This document shows positions 27,121-40,651 of a DNA stretch of 64,000 nt, one piece after another (within the stretch, counting starts at the first letter, position 1; the number at the start of each line of letters is the position of its first letter). The notes under the pieces were generated by a model that was not told the origin of the DNA, searched no databases, and saw nothing but the letters and a program-made list of their open reading frames with translations. Both the position numbers and the translations under genes were made by a program. Source of the DNA: Raja brachyura (taxonomy: Eukaryota); NCBI GenBank assembly GCA_963514005.1, contig OY740808.1:12896001-12960000 (forward strand). Direction: 5' to 3'.

Positions 27121-28130
27121 CAAGCCCAGTTAATTGAATGGAACGTTACGGATTTAGAACGTTACAGATTTTGGTTCCTCCCTCACCAACGGCTCCTGGG
27201 CCACATTGGTAATTGTGATGGAACATGACATGATAACAACAGCTTAAGCGTAATTGAAATACAAATCCCGTCACCAGTTAATGTCAATGTCTTCGGTGAT
27301 AAAGGATGGAGGTGCGGTGCAGAGTGTGTATAGTGTAAAGTGGAGGTGGGAACAAACCATCAGTTTTACAGAATCTTGCTGATATGTTGGGAATTAATGT
27401 CGTTTCCGGTACATTTCCAGGTATGCACATGTCTTGCCTTTATTTGCAGTAAATAGCGGTGCACCTTACGAACGAAAACATAATTAATAAACCCTTTGAA
27501 CCCTGAAGGTGTGGGTTTGGTGGGGACGTTTTTGACCAAAAGATCAACCTGAAAAGTCAAATCAAATTCTCACTTCAGGCCGCCTTGCCTGCTGAGTATT
27601 AACAGCATTTTCTGCCAATTTTGTGGATTCTTATTGGAGTTGAGATCACGTTTGTCATGATTGGTTTAGAACGCATTGTATGAATTGACGAGTGGCACAA
27701 ACTCACTACTGTTCTACGATTGTAATTCGAGATCGAGATTGAGCGAAAATAAATCAGCGTTTCTTGCCCAAATGTACAAGCAACACAATCCATATTAAGT
27801 CGTCATGTTTGGGGTCAGAAATAAATCCAAGAGAATCAACAATGCTTTTGACAATAGTTTTAAAACTTTACTCAACGTCTGCAGAGAATACCTTGGGTAC
27901 AATAACAACATACATGCTTTTAGTTAACGCAATTTAATCGACGATGCTTTATTCAAGACGATATTCTTTCGAAAGACCAACATTTAAAGCGAACAAGTTA
28001 TAAAAATCAAGGTTTCAACTATGAATGGCGTTTCTTTATGAAAATTCCGAAAGACAAAGACTACCTTTGTCACATGGAAGAACTCAACGGCGATTAACTA
28101 ACTTTGGGGAGTTAGCTCACGCTTCAAACA

Positions 28131-28453
28131 TTAGATACAACTGGATCTCACGATATCTGTCTTAAGTGGGTTTGCCTGAGTCTGGTGTTTAACCACACAG
28201 GAGTAAAGGTCGTGTAAGTTCCACTCTGAGGCTGTCAGAGTCAGGTAACTGCTGAGACTGAACGTGTTGTCCTTATCCTGCTGGATCGGGCTGGTCTCAA
28301 CGCCGCTATTTTTTGCACCGCCGTCGACTGTCCACTCAACGTCCACCGAGCCCGGATTAAACCCGTTCACCAAACAAAGCAGGGTGGCGGTGCCCTTTGA
28401 GGCAACTTCATCAGCTGAAGGCGGGAGGACCGTCACGATCGGTGCCCGAGGAT
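28131..28453 (-). CDS. IGL: Ig light chain gene 2, constant exon
   Basis: Paralog of 9586-9908 with 2 nt differences seen (one S/T, one silent). Same splice site. AATAAA at 27948-27953 on the minus strand. Confidence 0.97.
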
Positions 28454-30017
28454 CTGTTTAATAAGAAGTCAAATTTAATTGGAGAATTGGTGTCGTTGAT
28501 ATATCATTATTTGCCGAAAATACATCTCATTGAAGCACCAATTTATTAATTTGTAGAAATAATCCGTTTTATTCTCGACCTATTTCAAACCATTATAGTG
28601 TGGGTTTTTTTTTAAATGGGGTAAGCAATAAAGTACGTGAAAGCAACTAGAATAGATCCTGTCTGCCCTATGCATAAACTCCGGGAAACCATATGTAATA
28701 TATCATGGCGGCACTATTTTATAAATCTGAATACATTATTATAACTTTCGTAATGTTCATTTTACTACACATCTCCGGCTTTACATTTATTTAAATATAT
28801 CAGCAGATATAAACGATTCGCGGTCGGGAAAATGTATAATAACAGATTTAAACTTATTTAATTGTCGGCACCCATTGAGATGGAGGGTGACGCTCTTTAT
28901 GATCGGCAAAAATATGTGGAAACCAGTTTTCGAAAGCCACGGTCACAGATTCGCAGATGTCGTTCAGAAGCAAGGATGACATTGTAGTTCGAATATGCAT
29001 TTATATTTCAAATGCACTTCTGCGTCCACGAAAGGCCACTACGCATTAAACAAAATTTCTGAAAGAAATGTGCGAAACTTTCTCATTTCACATTTTGATA
29101 TCCTTGTTAAACCCGTCAACCGGAATTTTGACAGAGTTGAATATTAACGTTGCTGACCCCCCGTTACCAAAGCAATTTCCTTTCATATCTGGACAATCAC
29201 TGCGAATATTTCCGCAATTTATTGAACGAACCCTATTCCATGCAACTTCAGTTTACATCAACCCTCATCTAATTGACGATTTCAAAATCCGAGAGAAATG
29301 ACACCATTCACATTGGGAAGTACACGATCATTATTGGACGGGAAGCAAGTTGGAAAATTGAAGATTTGCTTCACATTTTATAGTGCATTCATGGTGCGGC
29401 CCGAAGTAATTCTGTAAACTGTAAAAATATTTTTTGGAATCGCAGCTGCGAGATTTCTAATCTAATATTGACGCTGTAAGGGTTAGTCTTGCTCGGGTCA
29501 TGGTTGTTTTGAAATGCTTTGTAGGCGGAATGTGACTGATAAGTGAAAACAATTATATACATTATTTTCGTGATTCAACTGAAGTATAATGGGCTACAAA
29601 GTGTAACACTTGCTTCAATATTAAACAACACAACGTGGAACAAATAATTCCTCCGCATCGCGGCACCGTTCAACCAAACCCCAATGCCCAATAGGGGCTC
29701 CAAGTAGCTACAGTCCTAAGCGAGTTAATTCGCTCAAGGTCGCTACAGTCCCGTGGTTCCCTGGGCACAGAATACTTTTGTTGAGAAATTGTTCGTGTGT
29801 AAAAGCTCAAGACAGAACATTAGCTCGCTTTTGCAGTCATTTCACTGAGTTATGTCCAAGTGAACTCGGAACATCTGTATAGCAAGATCGCACTATCTGT
29901 ACTGAAATACAGCTGACCCAATAAAGTATAATGTGAAATCACGACGTTAAATCAAGCAATATCTGCATTAAAATTAAAATAAAACAACGCGCTGTCCGAA
30001 GAATATATTTTACTTAC

Positions 30018-30362
30018 CGCCAATACCCAGCCTCGTTCCTTTACCGAAATGTATACCACTATCCCATTTGGCACAGTAATAGTCCGCAGCATCCACCGAT
30101 TGAACGCTAGATATTGCGAATATTACAGAGTTGCCTGACACCGAGATGGAAAAACGGTCTGGAATGTCCGTGCCTTTATAAATGCTGCCACTGCTATAAT
30201 GGTAGAATAGATACTTGGGAGTTTTGCCAGGAATCTGTTGGTACCACCCGACATAGTTAGCGCCTGAACTGGAACCCGATATGGTACAGGATATTTGTAG
30301 TTTCTGTCCCGTAGAGGCGGACATCGAAGGCGGCTGACTTACTGTAACTGCCGCGCTTAAGT
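30018..30362 (-). CDS. IGL: Ig light chain gene 2, germline-joined VJ exon
   Basis: Paralog of 11480-11824 with open frame and intact AG/GT sites. CDR3 is C-AKWDSGIH-FGKG; no RSS. Confidence 0.97.
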
Positions 30363-30482
30363 CTGAGAAAAGAGAAATATCAGAAAAAAAGAAAATTGTT
30401 AAGTTTGTTGAAGTGTGGGAGATACCCCCAAATTAATGGTGAACAGAAATAATTATAATGTCCAGGAAAGTAAAATACTCAC

Positions 30483-30537
30483 AAACTGCGCAAAAAACCA
30501 ACGCACCGACCACACGGATCCAATACGACATTTTCAT
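30483..30537 (-). CDS. IGL: Ig light chain gene 2, leader exon
   Basis: MKMSYWIRVVGALVFCAV followed by T|gtgagt. One silent difference from gene 1. Confidence 0.93.
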
Positions 30538-30607
30538 TAACCGACTGAGCTCCGATAGGGCGGCAGTTTCCAGGACGAGTGGCGTGTAATCTTACTCTCT
30601 GGCTCTC

Positions 30608-30688
30608 TTTATAAATGGAATGACGAGATGTCACCGTGTGTTTATCTCTCCAAACCAATCAAACCGGTAGGCTCGTCGAAGCCAATCA
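30608..30688 (-). promoter_or_regulatory. IgL gene 2 proximal promoter
   Basis: Same TATA, CRE-like and double CCAAT arrangement as 12070-12150. Confidence 0.7.
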
Positions 30689-32072
30689 GAAATTGCCAGA
30701 TTCTTCCTCAAAATATTCGCCACTGTGAAACATGCAGGTCTTATTTTAGAGATTTATATTTCTAAAAAGCTTTCTCATACATAGAGCAGAATGAAAAGGA
30801 TTGTCACAGTTGCCCCTTCTTTATAAACAAATAAACTATAATTTTCTGTATGACCCCTCCGCATATATATATTAAACAAATTGTCTGCAAGTTTTAATTA
30901 TTATATTCGGTAATTGTTTAATCACCAATTAAAATGGAATAGAAATATTTTATCTAAACGGTCCAACTGAATCCGTATCGCTGAATCTAACATGTTGACA
31001 GTCACCTCCTGAGCAATGTTTTAATATATATCTCATTATATCTATATTTAGATATCTCTGTAGTTTTAGAAATCATAACCCCCTTCTACTTGTGTAACAG
31101 ATAATTTAAAAAGGACCTGAGGGGACAGAACATCACACAAATGTCAGTAAAGTTGCAGTTTTTGAGGCAATTTTGACTACCCGATGTGTGTCGTGCTTGG
31201 AATAGTGGTCTGTGATACTCTCACATTGTAATGCGCAGTAATTCGCAAAACTTGCCACGACTCAAAGTGGAAAGGATACCTGTACAAAATTAATGCAAAT
31301 ATGAGTGAAGTAAAAGGAGTCATATTGGCTCTCACCGAACACTTCCAGAGTTCTTTCGACTTTGTAGCACTACAAGACGATAGCAACTTTACACACAGCA
31401 CATCCATATTCAATTGAAGGCGAATAGAATACGGGCACTCCAGCTATCTGGGAAAACTGAGAAGGGAGAAAAGCGAAAAGCGGTTTTCGGGAAATAGCGC
31501 GTGAGAAAAATAATTATCATGAATAATTGTCCTTAAATTGTCATTAAACTAGATTAGTTTAGTAGTTTACGTGACAGGTCAGTCATCCATTAACTTACCC
31601 ATTCATCCTTTCACCACTACGTTTTCCCCATGACCTGCACGGGATATCCCAGGAAGCGCCGGTTTCGTCACACACTACAAAGACAGATTGGTGGGTTCAT
31701 TGGCTTGGTAAAATTATATATTTTCCTTAAAGTGTGTAGGATAGAGTTTATGTACGGGGACTGTTGATCAGTGGGTAGGGGGGGCCTGTTTGGGCGCTGT
31801 ATCTCCAAATTAAACTAAAGTGACAACAATTTGTACCATCTACAGAATGAGCTGCAATTGCGCTCATACGCCACCCTGAACGTAGGCATATCACTACGAT
31901 AAGCATGTTTATCTCACCGTTCTCATCCTTCTCTCACTACTGCACGTTTTCAACTTTGCAACGTGCAATACCGTGAGAAGATGAACACGCGAAAGATTGC
32001 ACTGGCTCATGGCTGTTCATTATTACCTCCCCAAATGCCGATCCGCAGATGCTACATGATGCCCCATAGAGC

Positions 32073-35000
32073 AAAGAGAGTCATAGAGAAAGTTAACAGG
32101 CCCTTCGGCCCAACTTTCCCACATCGGCCAACATGTCCTATGTACAGTAGTCACAGCTGCCCGTATTGAGTCCATATCCCTCCAAATCTGTCATATTCAT
32201 GTACCTGTCTAACTGTTTCTTAAACATTGGTATAGTCCCTGGCACAACTACCTCCTCTGGTTGCTTGTTCCATACACCCACCACCCTCTCTGAGAAAAAG
32301 TTACCCCTCAGATTCCTATTAACTCTTTGCTCCGTCACCATAAACCTGGTCCTCGATTCACCTACTCTGGGCAAGAGACTGAGCCTCTACCCGATCTATT
32401 CATCTCATGGCCCTATACACCTCTACAAGATTTCCCCTCATCTTCCTGCGCTGCAAGGACTAGAGTCCCAGCCTACTCAACCTCTCTCTATGGCTCAGAC
32501 CCTCTCGTCCTGGCAACATCCTCGTAAATCTTCTCTGTACTCTTTCCAGCTTGTCGAAATCTTTCCTATAAGATGGTGCCCAGATTGAACACAATACACT
32601 AAATGCGGTGTAACCAACGTCTTATACAACTGCAACAAGGCCTTCCAACTTTGTGTTGTTAAAGAAGGAACTGCAGATGCTGGAGCATCGAGGGTTACAC
32701 AAAAAGCTGGAGAAACTCAGCGGGTGCAGCAACATCTAAGGAGCGATCCGCTGATGCTACATGATGCCCCAGGCTCAGACCCTCTCGTCCTGGCAACATC
32801 CTCGTAAATCTTCTCTGTACTCTTTCCAGCTTGTCGAAATCTTTCCTATAAGACGGTGCCCAGATTGAACACAATACACTAAATGCGGTGTAACCAACGT
32901 CTAATACATCTGCAACAAGGCCTTCCAACTTCTATACTCATTACTCTGGTTCATGAAGGCCAATGTTCCAAAAGCCTTTTTGACCACTCGATCTACCATC
33001 GACTGCCCTTGTTAGACTTCCCAAAATGCAGTACTTCACATTTCTCTACATTAAATTTCATCAACTATTCCTCAGCCTACCTGGCCAATTGATGAAGAAC
33101 CTCCTGCACTTTTTCACAACCATGTCCACTACCTGCAAAACCACCCATGTTTGTATCATCCTCAAACTTGCTAATCTTACCATATGATCTCATTTATATA
33201 GATGACAAACATTGATGTACCCAGCACTGGACCCTGAGGCACACCCCGTGTTACTCCAGCACTTTGTGTTTTATCATGATTCCAGCATCCGCAGTTCCTT
33301 GTGTCTCTGGGTTCCCACTTTTCGATGGGCAATAAAAACTGCATTCCCAGGGACGCAATCATCCTACAAATTAATAACGTTGAACAATTAGATGAGGCTG
33401 TGAGATAGAAACATAGAAAATAGGTATAGGAGGAGGCCATTTGGCCCTTCGATCCTGCACCACCATTCATTGTGATCATGGCTGATCATCCACAATCAGT
33501 AACTCTTGCCTGCCTTCTCTTCATATCCCTTGATTCTGCCAGCCCCAAAAGCTCTATCTAACTTGTTTAAATTAATCCAGTGAATTGGCCTTTACTGCCT
33601 TCTGTGGTGGAGTATTCCACAAATTCACAACTCTCTGAGTGAAATTTTTTTCTCATCGCAGTTTTAATTTGCCTCCCCTTCATTCTTAGACTGTGGCTTC
33701 TGGTTCTGGACTTCCCCATCATTGGGAACATTTTTCCTGTGACTAGCATATCCAGTCCTTTTATAATTTTATATGTTTCTAAAAGATTTCCTCTCATCTT
33801 TCTAAATTCCAGTGAATACAAGCCCAGTCTTTCCTATCTTTCCTCATGTGACAGTCCCGCCATCTTGACCCTATGCTACACTGCCTCAATAGCAGGGATG
33901 TCCTTCCTCAAATGAGGAGTTCAAAACGCCACACAATTCTCCAGATGTGGTCTCACCAGGGCCCTGTACAACTGCAGAAGAACCTCTTTACGTCTAAACT
34001 CAAATCCTCTCGTTAGGAAGGCCAACATGCCATTAGCTTTCTTCACTGCCTGCTGTACCTGCATATTTTCTTTCAATAACTGGTGTCCACCCAGGACACC
34101 CAGGTCTCCCTGCACTTCCATTTTTCCTAAAATGACACTATTGAGATTAAATCTGCCTCCGAGTTCTTTCCACCGATGTGGATGAACTCACATTTATCAA
34201 CATTATACTGCATCTTCCATGCATCTGCCCACTCACTCAACCTCTCCAAGTCATCCTGCAACCTCCTAGCTTCCTCTTCGCAGTTCACACTGCCACCCAA
34301 TTTTGTGTCATCTGCAAATTTGCTAGTGTCACTTTTAATCCCATCATCTAAATCATTGATATATATTGTAAATAGTTAAGGCCCAGCACCGAGCTTTGCG
34401 GCACTCCACTCGCCACTGCCAGCCATTCTGACAGGAACCCGTTTATTCCTACACTTTGTTTCATCTCTCCCAAACAATTCTCTATCCATATCAATACCAT
34501 GTCAAAAATCAAGCAGAGTGCATTGAGAAGGATTGTTTAATCTTTAACAGTCAAGAAAGTGGACATGGTGTACTAATGAAACAGTGTTTACCCCACTGCA
34601 TTTCCAGATGTCTATTGGGATATCTCAATTTCATTCTTAGAGACATCCGAGACTAGCTCAGCCCCTGATTTAATAAATAGCTCGCCATTACTTGAGTACA
34701 AAGAAAAACAACTAGTTTTAAAAACAGTTTACTTTTCTTTCGAGATCAGATTTATTGATCGTATCCAGCTCACAAAACTCACCTTCATGAGCGAGAGAGA
34801 AAGACTTCAGATTAGATCATGATCCCGAAAGGTGCCAGGCTTTTCGAATTCTCCAGACAATCCATCGCTAACAGGAATCTGGAAGGGCAGAAATTCATGT
34901 GACTCATTATTATTATTCGCCGCCTAGATCAGTTCAGGCTTAATGAGCAGAAGGGCGTGACATTTACTGCTTTATGAATATTTTCTCATATTTTCTATAA

Positions 35001-37900
35001 TAAAGCTATTCACAATATATATTAACAATCTTGATGTGGGATTTAAAAGTAACATCTCCAAGTTTGCGGATGACACAAAGCTGGGTGGCAGTGTGAGCTG
35101 CGAGGAGCATGGTATGGGGCTGTAGGGTGACTTGGATAGGTTGGGTGAGTGGGCAAATACATGGCAGATGCAGTATAATGTGGATAAATGAGAGGTTATC
35201 CACTTTGGTGGCAAGAACAAGAAGGTAGATTATTATCTGAATTGTGTCAGATTCGGAAAAGGTGAGGTGCAACGAGGCCTGGATGTCCTTGTACCTCAGT
35301 CCCTGAATGTAAGCATGCAGGTACAGCAGGCAGTGAAGAATGGAAATGGCATGTCGGCCTTCATAGCGTGATGATTTGGGTATTGGAGAAAGGAGGTCCT
35401 ATTGCAGCTGTACAGGGCCTTGATGAGACCACACCTGGACTATTGTGTGCAGTTTTGGTCTCCTAATTTGAGGAAGGACATTCTTACTATTGAGAGAGTG
35501 CAGCATAGGTTCACCAGGTTAATTTCCGGCATGGCGGGACTGACATATGATGAAAGAACGGGATGATTGGGCTTTTATTCACTGAAAATTATAAGGATGA
35601 GGGGATCTTATAGAAACATATATCCCATAATTCTTAAGGGATTGGACTGGCTAGATGCAGACATTTTTTCCTGATGTTGGGGTGTCCAGAACCAAGTGGT
35701 CAAAGATTATGAATAAGGGGTAGGCCATTTAGGACTGAGATGAGGAAAAACATTTTCACCCAGAGGGTTGTGAATCTGTGCAATGTTCTGCCACAGAAGG
35801 GAGTGGAGGCCAATTCATTGGATGTTTTTCAAGAGTGTTAGATATAGCTCTTGGGACTAAATCAATCAAGGGATATGGGGGAAAATGCAGGAACGGAGTA
35901 GTGATTTTGGATTATCATGCATGATCATATTGGATGGTGGTGCTGACTCAAAAGGCCGAATGACCAACTCCTGCAACTATTTTCTATGTTTCTATGTTTC
36001 TATGTTAAAAAATATCCATGACCATCTATGGCAATCGATTCCAAAGACCTCCCAGGAGGATAAAAATCCTCCTCATCTCCTTTCTAAAGATACGTCCTTT
36101 AATGCTGAGTCTATGGTCACTGGCCTCAGACTCTCCCACTAGTGGAAATATCCTCTCCATGTTTACTCTATACAAGCCTTTCACAATTCGGTATGTTACA
36201 TGAGGTCTCCTTTCATCCTTCTAAACTCCTGTGAATTCATGGCCAGTGCTTTCAAGCGCTCATCATATATGGCAGTGGACGCCAATTCATTGGATGTTTT
36301 TCAAGACCTGCTGTTGCAAGGGAAAGACGTTGGGGAGTGAGTGGTTTGGTGGGAAATGATGAATGAACCAAAGTTACAAAGGGAATGGTCACCGTGGAGA
36401 TGGGATGATGTGACTAATGATGGGATCCATTAGGAGGTAACAAAAATTTCGGAGGATGATGACTGTCCCTGTTGCGACTGACAATAGACAATAGACAATA
36501 GGTGCAGGAGTAGGCCCTTCGGCCCTCCGAGCCAGCACCGCCATTCAATGTGATCATGGTTGATCATCCCCAATCAGTACCCCCTTCCTGCCTTCTCCCC
36601 ATATCCACTGACTCCACTATCTTTAAGAGCCCTATCTCTTGAAAGTATGCAGAGAACTGGCCTCCACCGCCCTCTGAGGCAGACAATTCCACAGACTCAC
36701 AACTCTCAATGAGAAAAAGTGTTTCCTCATCTCTGTTCTAAATGGCTTACCCTTTATTCTTAAACTGTGACCCCTGGTTCTGGACTCCCCCAACATCGGG
36801 AACATGTTTCCTGTCTCTAATGTGTCCAAACCCTTAACAATCTTATACGTTTCAAAAAGATATCCTCTCATCCTTCTAAACTCCAGAGTCTACAAGCCCA
36901 GTGGGTCCATTCTCTCAGCATATGACAATCCCGCCATCCCGGGAATGAACCGTGTAAACCTAGGCTGCACCCCTCAATAGCAAGAATGGCCTTCCTCAAA
37001 TTAGGGGACCAAAACTGCACACAATACTCCAGATGTGGTCTCACTAGGGCTCTGTACAACTGCAGAAGGACCTATTTGCTCTTATACCCGACTCCTCTTG
37101 CTATAAAGGCCAACATGCCATTCACTTTCTTCACTGCCTGCTGTACCTGCATGCTTACTTTAATAGACTGATGTACAAGGACCCCCAGATCCCGTTGTAC
37201 TTCCCCTTGGGAAAAAAAAGTACAACTGACGCCATTTAGATAGTAATCTGCCTTCTTGTTTTTTATACCAAAGTGGATAACCTCACATTTATCCACATTA
37301 AACTTCATCTGCCATGCCTCTGCCCACTCCCCCAACCTGTCAAAGTCACTCTGCATTCTCATAGCATCCTCCTCACAGTTCACACAACCACCCAGCTTTG
37401 TGTCATCTCCAAATTTGCTAATGTCACTTTGAATCCCTTTATCCAAATTATTGTAAATAGCTGCGGTCCCAGCACTAAGCCTTGCGGTACCCCAATAAAC
37501 ACTGCCTGCCATTCTGACAGGAACCCGTTAATCCCTACTCTTTGTTTCCTGTCTGCCAACCAGTTTTTTATCAGTGTCAGCACTCTATGCCCAATACCAT
37601 GTGCCCTCATTTTGCCTACTAATCTCCTATGTGGGACCTTATGAAATGCTTTCTGAAAGTCCAGGAACCCTACATCCACTGGTCCATTTTCTGAGTTCCA
37701 ACCTCAAAAAATTCCAGAAGATTAGTCAAGCATGATTTCCCCTTCGTAAATCCATGCTGTCTTGGACTGATCCTGTTAGTGTAATCCAAATGTGCGGCAA
37801 TTTCATCTTTTATAATTGACTCCAGCATCTTCCCCACCACCGATATCAAGCTAACTGGTCTATAATGTCCTGTTTTCTCTCTCCCGCCTTTCTTAAAAAG
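32073..37900. mobile_element. Cluster of nested CR1 fragments, paralog of 13535-18697
   Basis: Collinear. The plus-strand CR1 (about 35000-36005) retains about 400 bp that are deleted in unit B at a GGCC microhomology. Confidence 0.88.
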
Positions 37901-38809
37901 TGGGGCTTGGGAACAAGTGCGGAACAGCTGGATACAGAGGCGACACGTGTGATGGTCGAATTTACGATAAAAGGGTGGAACTCCAGTTCACTAAGGAATT
38001 AGGACATCTCCGATGTTCTAGTCTGGAACATCTCATATTGGGAGAAAAAGCAGCGGCGACAGAGGAATTGGTAGTAAGGGATAGAGCATTTGAAAGTGGC
38101 AGGGTAGGAAGACGTGATAACATAAATACCCTTCATTGGAACAACAGCACCTCATATTTCGCTTGGGCAGCTTACAAGTCAGCGGTATGAACATTAATGT
38201 CCTTAATTTCTGGTAACTGCTCTATCCTCCGCCCCCCCCCCCCCCCCCCGTACATAACCCCCCTACCCTACTCCCCCATCCACGTCATCCTACCAGTTCC
38301 ACTGTTCGCATCATTGTATCCCGCTCGTTATCACTACTTCCCCACAGAACAATGGGCCATTATGGGCTCCATCCTTCCTGAGGATAACTGTTGCCTGCCT
38401 TTATTTTTATTCTGGCCTTTTCTCGCCTATAGCCCCCCCCCCCCCCCCCCCCACCACCCCCTCCCCGAAATGTCACCTATTATTTTGCTCCAGAGGTGCT
38501 GCCTGGCCCACTTAGTTATTCCAGCTTTAGACATCTACCTTCCGTATAAACCAGCACCGACTGTTGTCTTCCTACACATTTTGTAAAACGACAGCATTCT
38601 TTTTTTATTCTGCATGAGAGAAGTATCTTTTTTTTTGCAAATTAATTATTTGGTACACCGACCTTTTCGATATGTGTCAAAATCGTGGAAGTTCAGGGCA
38701 CAATTACACCGCTTAGAGGTCCTGACATTTCAAATATATAAGCAGTGAGGAGAACTGGCGTTATTTTGATAACATAAGCACAGAGTGGTGACTGATGCAT
38801 TTATTTAAT

Positions 38810-40357
38810 TTCGGAGTCACGTGAGTGACTTCGTGAAGAACCCGCCAGCACGCATGCGCGACATATCGTCGCAACGCATTGCTGCCGACGGCTGGAGGGG
38901 AGCGCGGCTCCCCACCAGCCCTTCAGAGGGCCGACTCAGGTAAGGCTAAGCCCCCTAGAGTTGGTATTCCTGTTGTGGCGAGTGTTTTCTCTCCAAACAG
39001 GAACATGGAAGGAGTAAGGGCCAGGACATCCGCAGGAGTCGCCGGCCACTTATCCCGGAGCCCTCCTCAACGGCTGCACCTGCGAGTCGGGCCGGGAAAT
39101 AGGCGAGGAAGTTGGGGAGCCCTGTCGCTACAGGGCCCGACCCGCCAATACACCGGAGCTCCAGTAACGATTCCGAGGAGTTCGGTGTACCACCAGAACA
39201 GATAGACCCTGACTCCGTATCGAGGTCGCCAACGGGCTCGTTGGTCGACCTGGGCAAGGGCTCACGTGCGGCTGCACGGCCCTTCTCCCTGAGCCCTCGG
39301 AGGAGAGGGAGGGATGGAGCCCGTAAGCCTAGCCCTTTAGGGGCAAAGGCATCACCTGCCGCTAGAATGCGGACTGGTGAAATGGCGGGACTCAAGTTCA
39401 CTGGGAGACCTGCTAGGACCAGTGTCGACTCCCCAACCACCAAGACCAGCAAGAGTCACTCGGGTGGAGTCCCGCCACGGTCACCGAGTCCCCCGGGGAT
39501 GGGAGGACGGGAGCGTACGTCGGCTAGGCCCAGGATGTGGGCAGCCGGCAAGCCCGCGCGGGCGTCGGGTCACCACGCCGAGGCGTTGGGTGCCGACTCT
39601 CCACCGCGTTTGCCCTCCGAGGCAGCGGGATCGGGCTCCGCCAAAAGGAGGTGTTTCAGCTACCACCCGCGCGGGAATCGCTCAGCTTTGCTGCGGCAGC
39701 TGGTAGCGACAACTTCCGGCACCGGGTTCACCTCGATGAGGTGCGGGCCAATGAACGGAGCCTCAGCAGTTCAGCAGAACATGAGGACTCCGACCGCCCG
39801 AGTTCTAAGGGCGAGGGCGTATTGACCAGATGGAGCGGATGTTGGAGTTCCTCCTGCAACAGAATCAACGGCAGGAAGCATCCAGCTCCAGAGGGCACAG
39901 GGAGGTTTCACCATCGTCAGCAGGCAGCCTGAGGCAGCCAGAGGATGAGGACGTTTTGGACCATACACCAGCTACATCGGACGAGTACTTCCTGCGGGGC
40001 CTCGATGTAGCGGCAACATTTGCATCATCAGAGACATCGGGACTACCCCTCAACCCCAAACTGGCTGCCACCGTGGACTTCCTGACCAACCATCAGCTCC
40101 AGGAGGAGGTTCTATCGGAGGCCATAAATCAGGCACAAAGCCCAGCAAACTGCAACTCCCTCAACGTGCCCATAGTCAATACGCCAATCTGGGGCAACAT
40201 CAGCCCAAGGATCAGGACCCAGGAGATGAAGCTCCAGCGGATCCTGAAGCTGCTCACTGCTGGGATTACCGCGTTTGCGCGGTCGGTGGACGGGGAGGAT
40301 CTGAGCACCAAGCTGGAGGATGCTCTGGCTCTATTGTGTACCACACAGTATGAGATG
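38810..40357 (+). mobile_element. DIRS-like (tyrosine recombinase) retrotransposon, 5' portion only
   Basis: Starts TTCGGAGTCACGTGAGTGAC, the same terminus as 62107. Gag-like ORF LNPKLAATV...PANCNSLNVPIVNTPIW...EMKLQRILKLL. Empty site at about 668 in unit A. Confidence 0.8.
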
Positions 40358-40609
40358 GTTATCACTCCTTCCCAACAGAACAATGGGCATTATGAGCTCC
40401 ATCCTTCCTGAGGATAACTGTTGCATGCCTTTATTTTTATTCTGGCTTTTTCTTGCCTATAGCCCCCCCCCCCCCACCCCCTCCCCGAAATGTCACCTAT
40501 TATTTTGCTCCAGAGGTGCTGCCTGGCCCACTTATTATTCCAGCTTTATACATCTATCTTCCGTATAAACCAGCACCGACTGTTGTCTTCCTGCACACAT
40601 GCACAGACA

Positions 40610-40651
<42 letters not shown>

